DNA of 64,000 bases from positions 12,441-76,440 of the forward strand of contig CAYGFZ010000001.1 in assembly GCA_964349355.1 (NCBI GenBank). Reading direction: 5' to 3'. Positions 22,198-29,759 of this stretch are shown one piece after another. Below the pieces are notes generated by a model that saw nothing but the letters and a program-made list of their open reading frames with translations, searched no databases and was not told where the DNA came from. The stretch comes from an uncultured Coriobacteriaceae bacterium (GTDB lineage: Bacteria > Actinomycetota > Coriobacteriia > Anaerosomatales > SLCP01). Position numbers and translations under genes: made by a program. The stretch's first letter is position 1, and every line of letters starts with the position of its first letter.

Positions 22198-22231
22198 TCT
22201 TCCCGAAGATAGCAGGAGTACGACAGGATTC

Positions 22232-24823
22232 CTAGCCCTCAAACGACCCGGGTTCGTTCTCGCGATCCTGTTCGACCCCCACATACCCCTCATACCCCGT
22301 AGGCCCTGACGCAGGAAGCCGAAGCGCGAATGTGCTCCCCGCTCCTGGCTGGCTCGACACCATGATCGTCCCGCCGTGGGCGCGGACGATGCTGTACGCG
22401 ACGAACAGCCCGATACCCATACCTCCGAAACGGCGCGTATCGGACATGTCGAGCTGAGTGAAACGATCGAAGACCCCCGGGATACGATCCGGCGGCATCC
22501 CATCGCCCTCATCTCGCACGGAGACGAGGACGGAGTCATCTGCACCCGAGATCGACACCGTCACGACCCCGCCGAATGGAGAGTACTTGATCGCGTTGTC
22601 GAGGATGTTCCCGATCGCGCGACTGATCTGCCGCTTGTCGCAGCGGACCTCTCCGACTCCCGGGGCCACCTCCGTGTCGACCCGCACACCCTCCGGCACG
22701 ACCAACTCTGAGACCGATGCGTCGACGACTTGCCGGATATCGCACGTCCCCAGCTCCAGCGTCACTCCCTCGGCCTCCATCTGCGTGACCTCCAGCAGGC
22801 GTTCTACGAGGTCCTGCATGCGGTGAGCATTCGACCTGAGCTTCCCGAGAGCGGCGTCGGCAGGCGGAGCGAGACCCTCGGCGTGCTGAGAAAGCAGGTC
22901 AGCATAGCCGATCACCTTCGTAAGGGGTGTCCTGAGTTCATGCGAGACCACGGCGGTGAAACTGCTCTTAAGCTGTTCGAGTGCACGCTTCTCGGTCAGA
23001 TCCCGCTTGACGATGACGACGTGCCTGATAGCCCCGTGTTCGCCGCAAACAGGAGCGAGCGTGACATCCTCGAGATAGGACAAGCCGTCCCTGCCGGTGT
23101 TCGTAAACTCCCCACGCCACACGCGCCCGGCCTCGACAGCCCTCCACGCATCCCGGTAGAGCGGTTCCCGGTAGAGCGGAGTGTCTGGCGATGAAAGGGC
23201 CTCTCCGTCGCGCGCAAGAATATCCTCGCCCACCGCCTCATCGAACCCGAATCCCGTCAGTTCGCTGAACGCCGGGTTCACCCACCGGACTACTCCAGCG
23301 ATGTCGGCGATCACGATCCCGTTCCCCGCAGACTCAAGCGCTGCCGATTGGAGACCCACCTGCTCTCGTCCCTCGGCGACGAGGATCCCTATGGCGACCC
23401 GATCTGCAAGACGACGCAGGGTGTCTCCACGAGGGCCCTGAAACTCGTTCGAGTGTCCGGTCACGAGTCCGATCGCCCCGACCGTCACGCCGTGCGCGCG
23501 CAGCGGGATGGCCGCGGCGGCCTGGGCACTATGCGTCACCAGGTCGGCTCCGTTGTCCTCGATCCTGACATCCTCGAGTGTCACGACCGTGACCTCGTCA
23601 CGCGCCATAGCATCTTCGACTGGACACATCGCCTGAGGGGCGATGCCGCCTACGAGATCGTCGAAGTGCCTGGCGAGCTGTCCAGAAAGTGCCATCACCT
23701 CGAGTCTTCCAGTAGAGACGTCCTGCAGCATCACAAACGCCAGCAGGTATCCGAACTCCGCGACGAGCCGCTCGCAGGTGACGTCTAGGACCTCTGATCG
23801 CGGCCGATCGAGCAGAACGGCAAGATCGATCCGGGCCATGGTCCGCTCGACCGCTGCTGCCGTCATCCGGTCAGTGACGTCGATGCCGAACATCAAGACG
23901 CCGTCGACCTTGCCCGAGGAATCGGTGCTTACGGTTCCCGACCACTCGATCGCGCGCCGTTCGCCCTCGCGCGTGAGAATCGCACACTCGTAGTGGGTCG
24001 ACTCGCGAGTCCGCAAGAGTCTCTCCAACTCGGGCGCGCGCAACTGACGGACATCTTCAGGAACGAACCGCCCGGAATACTCCGAGCCGAGCACTTCATC
24101 AGCTTTCCAGCCCGTGATGCGTTCGGCGCCGGGACTGAAGAGGCGGATATGGCCATCAAGATCCAGTCCGAGAATGATGACCTGTGCGGTGTCGATGATG
24201 CGACCGGAGAAGTCGCGCTCAGCACGCAACTCATCCTCGCGGCGAATCCGCTCGCGAACCTGGGAGTCGAGGTCCTCGATCAGTCCCTGCTTTATCTCGA
24301 CCTCGTCTCCAAGCGCACGCATCGCCTGCTCGAGCATGGTGTTGGCGCGCTCGAGGTCGGCGACCTTCTCCTCCAACTTGTGCACCAGTCGCTCACTGTA
24401 CTCGCGAAGGACGACGGTCTCGTCGGCAGTGCGTGGGCGGCGCGGCGTCGGGCGTCCGCCCCCCTCTACAACGTCGACCAAGGTCCGGAGCAGCACATCT
24501 ATCTCTACCGGCTTGCTCAAGAAACCGTCTACGCCAAGGTTGAGAGCGAACTTCTCGTCGGCCGGGTCGGTATAGGAAGCGGTGTAAAAGACGATCGGGA
24601 TATCCGCGAGTTCAGGATCGGCCTTCCACTCACGCACCAGATGATAGCCGTCCATACGCGGCATCAAGATGTCGCTGAGGACGACATCTGGACGTCGGGT
24701 CCGCGCCTTCTCAAGCGCATCGATTCCATCGACCGCGGCATCGACATCATGACCGGCAGACAAGAGGATCGTGGTGGCCAGATAGCGTCCGGCCTCCTCG
24801 TCATCCACGACAAGAATCCGCAT
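22232..24823 (-). CDS. hybrid signalling protein: N-terminal receiver - coiled coil - PAS - GAF - PAS - HisKA - HATPase_c
   Basis: 863 aa. REC (RILVVDDE...DVVLSDILMPRMDG...SKP), H-box VVSHELRTPLTKVIGYADLL, G-boxes DEGDGMP and GMGIGLFVAYSIVRAHGGTI. Confidence 0.85.
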   Translation of the reverse strand: MRILVVDDEEAGRYLATTILLSAGHDVDAAVDGIDALEKARTRRPDVVLSDILMPRMDGYHLVREWKADPELADIPIVFYTASYTDPADEKFALNLGVDGFLSKPVEIDVLLRTLVDVVEGGGRPTPRRPRTADETVVLREYSERLVHKLEEKVADLERANTMLEQAMRALGDEVEIKQGLIEDLDSQVRERIRREDELRAERDFSGRIIDTAQVIILGLDLDGHIRLFSPGAERITGWKADEVLGSEYSGRFVPEDVRQLRAPELERLLRTRESTHYECAILTREGERRAIEWSGTVSTDSSGKVDGVLMFGIDVTDRMTAAAVERTMARIDLAVLLDRPRSEVLDVTCERLVAEFGYLLAFVMLQDVSTGRLEVMALSGQLARHFDDLVGGIAPQAMCPVEDAMARDEVTVVTLEDVRIEDNGADLVTHSAQAAAAIPLRAHGVTVGAIGLVTGHSNEFQGPRGDTLRRLADRVAIGILVAEGREQVGLQSAALESAGNGIVIADIAGVVRWVNPAFSELTGFGFDEAVGEDILARDGEALSSPDTPLYREPLYRDAWRAVEAGRVWRGEFTNTGRDGLSYLEDVTLAPVCGEHGAIRHVVIVKRDLTEKRALEQLKSSFTAVVSHELRTPLTKVIGYADLLSQHAEGLAPPADAALGKLRSNAHRMQDLVERLLEVTQMEAEGVTLELGTCDIRQVVDASVSELVVPEGVRVDTEVAPGVGEVRCDKRQISRAIGNILDNAIKYSPFGGVVTVSISGADDSVLVSVRDEGDGMPPDRIPGVFDRFTQLDMSDTRRFGGMGIGLFVAYSIVRAHGGTIMVSSQPGAGSTFALRLPASGPTGYEGYVGVEQDRENEPGSFEG

Positions 24824-24837
24824 GACCCCCCCGTCGG

Positions 24838-25200
24838 CTAGTCGAGATACGCCTCAACCTCGGACACGAAACGCTCGGGATCGATGGGCTTGGAGATGTA
24901 GCCGTCACATCCAGCCTGCAGGATAGCCTCGCGATCGCCCTTCATCGAGCATGCGGTCAGCGCGACGACAGGCAGCTCAAGACCGGGATCCTTCTTGATG
25001 AGCCGAGTGGCGTCATGGCCGTCCATCCGGGGCAGCAGCATATCCATGAGTACGAGATCCAGCCGTTCCGTTCGGGCGACAGAGACCGCGGCCTCCCCAT
25101 CGGTGGCGACGAGAACCTCGTACCCGCTCTTCTCGAGCAGGAACTTGACGAGGTAGAGATTCTGAGGGTCGTCCTCCACGACCAGAATGCGCACTGCCAT
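24838..25200 (-). CDS. single-domain (CheY-like) response regulator
   Basis: MAVRILVVEDDPQNLYL...DLVLMDMLLPRMDG...ISKP. The ATG at 25200 is preferred to the track start. Confidence 0.9.
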   Translation of the reverse strand: MAVRILVVEDDPQNLYLVKFLLEKSGYEVLVATDGEAAVSVARTERLDLVLMDMLLPRMDGHDATRLIKKDPGLELPVVALTACSMKGDREAILQAGCDGYISKPIDPERFVSEVEAYLD

Positions 25201-25271
25201 CAAATCCCGCCCCTCGAAACACAACGAACGGACCACGACCCCTCAACTCTACCCCATCCCATACGGGGTTC

Positions 25272-27647
25272 CTACTCCTCCGATGAACGGGCAGACGAAC
25301 GGTCATCCTCCCCGTGTGTATCACGTACCTCACGGAGCACCCAGAACGTGAATACTGAACCCTCGCCTAAGGTGCTCGTAACCGTGATATCCCCCCCGAG
25401 CATTCGCGCCAGCTTACGCGATATCGCGAGCCCGAGCCCGGTACCGGCCGGCTTCTCTGCGGCAAGACGCCTGGCCTGGTGAAACTCATCGAAGATGGCA
25501 TCCACGTCTTCAGCGGCGATCCCACACCCGGTATCGCTGATCTGGAACTCGACGTAGTCGCCTCTCTCCGCGAGCGAGATCGTGACGCTGCCCTCTTCGG
25601 TGAACTTGATCGCGTTGCCAACAAGGTTATAGAGAATCTGGCGGACCTTCGTCCGGTCGGTGAATACCTTGACCTCCCCGTCGCTCTCTTCGGTGACCTC
25701 CAGACCCTTGGCTTCAGCGAGCGGCTGGAGGTCATCAACCACCGACCCGACCAGCGCACGGATCTCAAGTGAAACAGGCTCGATGCTCACGCGAGCTGCC
25801 TCGATGCGGGACAGGTCGAGGACATCGTTGATGAGTTCGAGCAGGTGTTTTCCGGAGCGGTGAACCATGCTCACCTGCTTGTGCTGCTCCTCGGTGAGCT
25901 CACCGGTAAGTCCCTGCAGGAGAATCCCGGAAAACCCTATGATCGAGTTGAGCGGTGTTCGCAACTCATGGCTCATGTTCGCGAGAAACTCGCTCTTCAC
26001 TCGTGTAGCGAGCCGGAGCCGTTCGTTCACGGTGCCCAGTTCGCGTGTACGCGCCTCGACAAGCTCCTCAAGACGTTCGCGATAGAGTCTGAGTTCGAGT
26101 TCCGATCGCTTCTCCTCCGTGACATCGAGAATGATCCCCACGATCTCGTTGGGCCCATCTCCGTCAGCCACATGTGGGGCGGTATGGACGACAACATCTA
26201 TCAGGGTGCCGCTCTTCGTCAGGCAACGACCCTCGATACGCCGAGGCAGCTCACTTGAGAGGGAGTCATCCAGACCCGAAAGTAGCGGTTCACCGGAGTC
26301 CGGCGAAACGATAGGGAGCGGTTCGCCTAGAACCTCCTCGGCTGTCCAGCCAAAGATCCGCTCGGCCGCCGGGTTCCACTCGGTGACCCTCCCCTCGCAG
26401 TCGACAGCGATGATCGCGACGGGCGCTGTCTCGACGAGAGCTGACAGCCGCGCGGCCGTGCGGTGCAGCTCCGTGGTCGCCTCCGCCAGCGCGGTGACGT
26501 CGTCGGGCAGCACGAGCACGGCCCTTCGGCCCTCGAACTCGAATACATGAGAGGTGATCTCGACAAGGATGGTGCGGCCGTCCTTCGTCAGATGGCGCCA
26601 CAGCCCCACCTCATCGAGACCCTCGGTCACCTCCCCGATATTCATGAGAAACATGGGGACGTCCTCGGCAGGTCGAATGTCTGCGATCGTCATGCCGAGG
26701 AACTCGTCGCGGCTGTATCCGTAGTGGCGGACAGCCGCATCGTTGGCGTCAAGGAACGCCAGCGTGTCCAGATCGTAGACCCACATCGGCCGAGGATTCG
26801 ACTCGAAAAGCTCGCGGTAGCGGTGCTCACTCGACTCGAGGCGCTCCTGGATGCGCCTGGTCTCCTCGGCGTCGCGCAGCTTCTCGACCCCCAGGGACAG
26901 ATCGCCCTCGATACGGTGCAAGAGGGTGATCTCCGCATCTGTGAAGACCCCGGTCCGTGTCGAGAAGACACAGAAGCTGGCAACACTCTCCCCTCGATTC
27001 TTAATGGGCAGAACCGCCATCGCACGCACCCCGCCCTCGGCCAGAGGTCTGGCACACGGCGCCGCGCGCTCGACCGTGACCTGGTTATCGATACGCATCT
27101 CACCGGTCTCGAAGACTGAGTACACTATGCAACCATCGAGCTCATACTCCGTCCCCTCGCGCATCGACTCCGAGATCTTCGAGGATCCGCCCACGGACAC
27201 GGCGACGACGGTAGCGTGGGTTCGATCTGAAGAGGGCTCCACCACCCATGCGCCATCGAACGCCCCCGCCTCCACCACCGCTCGGCAGACACCCCGATAG
27301 AGTTCGTGCTCGTCGTCGGTACGCATGAGCAGGGAGCTCACGTCCGCGAGAAACCGGTAGATCCGGTCGGCGGCGGAGCGCGTCTCATGCGTCTCGCGAG
27401 CGGCGCTAAAAGCCTTCGCGGAGCAGACGCGAACGATGAAGAACAGTGCGCCGGCGGTGACAGCGACTAACGCCAGGCCCTTGTACGTCTGGATGTGCGG
27501 AACAGTGTCAAGACCGAAACGGACAACCGCCTGATCCGAGAAAACGATCCACACCGCCGCGAACATCGCGTACGTAAGAGCTGCGCGAGCAGCAAGAAGT
27601 TCCGCGTGCGTATTCGAATCCCGCTGCACCGGACCTCCCTTCGGCAT
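25272..27647 (-). CDS. membrane sensor histidine kinase (2 TM - GAF - PAS - PAS - HisKA - HATPase_c)
   Basis: 791 aa. Two N-terminal TM helices, H-box NMSHELRTPLNSIIGFSGIL, G-boxes DTGCGI and GTGLGLAISRKLARMLGGDI. An alternative GTG start at 27629 has AAGGGAGG just upstream. Confidence 0.85.
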   Translation of the reverse strand: MPKGGPVQRDSNTHAELLAARAALTYAMFAAVWIVFSDQAVVRFGLDTVPHIQTYKGLALVAVTAGALFFIVRVCSAKAFSAARETHETRSAADRIYRFLADVSSLLMRTDDEHELYRGVCRAVVEAGAFDGAWVVEPSSDRTHATVVAVSVGGSSKISESMREGTEYELDGCIVYSVFETGEMRIDNQVTVERAAPCARPLAEGGVRAMAVLPIKNRGESVASFCVFSTRTGVFTDAEITLLHRIEGDLSLGVEKLRDAEETRRIQERLESSEHRYRELFESNPRPMWVYDLDTLAFLDANDAAVRHYGYSRDEFLGMTIADIRPAEDVPMFLMNIGEVTEGLDEVGLWRHLTKDGRTILVEITSHVFEFEGRRAVLVLPDDVTALAEATTELHRTAARLSALVETAPVAIIAVDCEGRVTEWNPAAERIFGWTAEEVLGEPLPIVSPDSGEPLLSGLDDSLSSELPRRIEGRCLTKSGTLIDVVVHTAPHVADGDGPNEIVGIILDVTEEKRSELELRLYRERLEELVEARTRELGTVNERLRLATRVKSEFLANMSHELRTPLNSIIGFSGILLQGLTGELTEEQHKQVSMVHRSGKHLLELINDVLDLSRIEAARVSIEPVSLEIRALVGSVVDDLQPLAEAKGLEVTEESDGEVKVFTDRTKVRQILYNLVGNAIKFTEEGSVTISLAERGDYVEFQISDTGCGIAAEDVDAIFDEFHQARRLAAEKPAGTGLGLAISRKLARMLGGDITVTSTLGEGSVFTFWVLREVRDTHGEDDRSSARSSEE

Positions 27648-27713
27648 CGTGGAGATGATTCCCTTACACCGCGACGTCCAGGCACGACGCTCAGACTTGC
27701 TACCGCAAAATAC

Positions 27714-28736
27714 CTACCCTGTTCTTGCTGCGGCTATCATGTCGAACACCTCGTCGCCCGCCTCGGTCCGGCTCATCGAATCGGGCTCTATCTCGGCAAG
27801 CACCCGTGCGAGATCGGGGGGCAGGCTGTCGACGAAGGAAAGGTGCTCACCTGTGATCGGATGGTCGAGTTCCAGCCGGTACGCGTGAAGGAACTGCCGC
27901 GTGAGTCCGCGGTCGGCTTTGACCTTACGCGACCCGTACGTCTGGTCGCCCACCACCGCGTGGTCGATGTAGGCCATGTGCACGCGAATCTGGTGCGTGC
28001 GCCCGGTGTAGAGCTTGCACTCCACGAGCGTGTAGCCGTCATCGTGCGTACCGGCCATGTAGCGCTCCAACACGCGAAAGGTCGTCACCGACTGCCTCGC
28101 CGAGGAACTCTCGACCACGGCCATCCGTTTTCGGTCCCGCGGGTCCCGGCCGAGGGGTGCGTCGATGAGCCCGGAGTCAGGCGCGATGTAGCCGTGAACG
28201 AGAGCAAGATAGCGGCGGTCGATCGAGCGGATCTTGATCGCCTCGGAGAGCGCGGCCTGGGCGCGGTCGTTCTTCGCCACCATCATGATGCCGGTCGTGT
28301 CCTTGTCGAGCCGGTGCACGATTCCCGGTCGCTCCTCTCCCTGAAGCATGCCGAGGCCATCCTGACAGTGCGCTAACAAGGCGTGCACAAGAGTGCCCGT
28401 CCAGTTGCCCTGCGCGGGATGGACGACAAGGCCGGCCTGCTTGGAGAGGACTATCATGTCGTCATCCTCATACCGGATGTCGAGCGGGATGTCCTCGGGC
28501 ACGAGATCGGAACCCTCCGGCGGCGGAATCTCGAAACTGACGCGTTCGCCGGGGCGGAGAACGTGGCGCTTGGTGACTATCGCACCGTTCACGCGTGCGA
28601 ACCCGTCCTCGATCAGGCGTGCCGCGGCAGTACGCGAGACCAGGGATTCATGCTGACCGAGAAAGGTATCGAGCCGCTGCCCGGCGTCTTCTCCCCGGAC
28701 CGTCACCTCGAAGTATCGCGACGGGTCCACACCCAT
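27714..28736 (-). CDS. rluD: RluA-family 23S rRNA pseudouridine synthase (RluD-like, with S4 domain)
   Basis: Catalytic HRLDKDTTGIMMVAKN. S4-like N-terminus (QRLDTFL..SRTAAARLI). Start is uncertain (28730-28757); the ATG at 28736 overlaps the lspA stop (TGATG). Confidence 0.85.
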   Translation of the reverse strand: MGVDPSRYFEVTVRGEDAGQRLDTFLGQHESLVSRTAAARLIEDGFARVNGAIVTKRHVLRPGERVSFEIPPPEGSDLVPEDIPLDIRYEDDDMIVLSKQAGLVVHPAQGNWTGTLVHALLAHCQDGLGMLQGEERPGIVHRLDKDTTGIMMVAKNDRAQAALSEAIKIRSIDRRYLALVHGYIAPDSGLIDAPLGRDPRDRKRMAVVESSSARQSVTTFRVLERYMAGTHDDGYTLVECKLYTGRTHQIRVHMAYIDHAVVGDQTYGSRKVKADRGLTRQFLHAYRLELDHPITGEHLSFVDSLPPDLARVLAEIEPDSMSRTEAGDEVFDMIAAARTG

Positions 28737-29263
28737 CACTCCTCGGGCCCGAGGCAAGGATCGGGTTCGGCTGGGCTGCGCCGCTCATCGACCGGGGCGA
28801 ATAGGGCCCAGATGAAGAGTCCCCCTGCGCCTACAACGAGGCCGATGTCAGCGATGTTGAAGACCGGGAAGACCAGGAAGTCGAAGAAGTCGGTGACCCG
28901 GCCAAAGACAATGCGGTCGATGAGGTTCCCGATAGCTCCGCCTGCAACCATTCCCAGAGCGAGCGACAGCACAAGACTGTTAGGCCGTGCTCGCCACCAG
29001 TACAGCGCGATCGCAGACAGGACGAGGACGGTCGTCACGATGAAGAGTGTCTGCTGACCCGGCATGAGCCCGAACGCGGCACCGGTGTTGCGCACGTAGG
29101 TGAAGTGGAAGAAGCCCTCGATGACCGGGAGAGACTGCGACGGGTGCATCGACTCACGCACCACAATCTTAGTGAGTTGATCGAGGGCAAGGACCGTGGC
29201 GAACGCGACCAGCAGCGTTGTCCCCGGACGTCGCGCCTCTACCGCGACTCTTCGGCGGCCTTG
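28736..29263 (-). CDS. lspA: lipoprotein signal peptidase II
   Basis: DQLTK, NTGAAFG and FNIAD motifs. The start is probably the GTG at 29263; the track start at 29338 would overlap the upstream gene by 100 nt. Confidence 0.85.
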   Translation of the reverse strand, partial: QGRRRVAVEARRPGTTLLVAFATVLALDQLTKIVVRESMHPSQSLPVIEGFFHFTYVRNTGAAFGLMPGQQTLFIVTTVLVLSAIALYWWRARPNSLVLSLALGMVAGGAIGNLIDRIVFGRVTDFFDFLVFPVFNIADIGLVVGAGGLFIWALFAPVDERRSPAEPDPCLGPEE

Positions 29264-29604
29264 CACGTGATGCACAGTGTCGCGGTTGGCAATGCCTTGA
29301 GACGCTCCTCGCCGATCTCGGCGCCACACTGCTCGCACGAATGGTAGGCGCCCTCGTCCATACGTGTCAGAGCGTGACGGACTGCGAGGAGAACATCACG
29401 CGTGTTCTCCTCAAGAGTCATATCGAGTTCGCGACTGAAGGTCGCGCTGCCCTGATCGGCCATGTGATCACGATAGTTGTTCTCTCCACTGGCTTCGGAG
29501 AGAGTCTCATGTCCCTCGCGTGCGATCGTGTCGATCTCTTCTTGGAGCCGTGCTAGTTCGGCCTCGAGGAACATCCGAAGCTCGTCTGTGGTGGCCTGGT
29601 TCAT
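29239..29604 (-). CDS. DksA/TraR-family C4 zinc-finger protein
   Basis: C-terminal CEQCGAEIGEERLKALPTATLCITC. The ATG at 29604 has GGAGGTGA upstream; the track ORF is over-extended to 29853. Confidence 0.8.
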   Translation of the reverse strand: MNQATTDELRMFLEAELARLQEEIDTIAREGHETLSEASGENNYRDHMADQGSATFSRELDMTLEENTRDVLLAVRHALTRMDEGAYHSCEQCGAEIGEERLKALPTATLCITCKAAEESR

Positions 29605-29640
29605 CGCGGTCTCACCTCCGACAATCGGCGGTATCGCAAA

Positions 29641-29660
29641 GCGCCCGGGAGTCCGGGCGC
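29641..29660 (-). terminator. GC hairpin downstream of ileS (weak terminator or processing site)
   Basis: GCGCCCGG-gagt-CCGGGCGC, a perfect 8-bp stem. On the minus strand it is followed by UUUGCG only. Confidence 0.35.
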
Positions 29661-29722
29661 TCGTTCGATTCTGCCTTGAAGTATACACGAGAGACCCTGC
29701 GAACGGTGCGCCGCGCCCCGAT

Positions 29723-29749
29723 GTCGGCGCACCGCCTGTCGGCGCACCG
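29723..29749. repeat. tandem 12-bp direct repeat GTCGGCGCACCG (x2, period 15) with an inverted partner at 29704-29713
   Basis: Read directly: cgaaCGGTGCGCCGcgccccgatGTCGGCGCACCGcctGTCGGCGCACCGttg, immediately 3' of the ileS stop (29760). Confidence 0.6.
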
Positions 29750-29759
29750 TTGTGAGTGA

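Noticed and set aside
27605-27630. tRNA T-loop-like string GTATTCGAATCCCGC.
   Set aside because: No complementary T-stem, acceptor or anticodon arms can be drawn. It lies inside the N-terminal coding region of the histidine kinase (encoding ..DSNTHAEL..).
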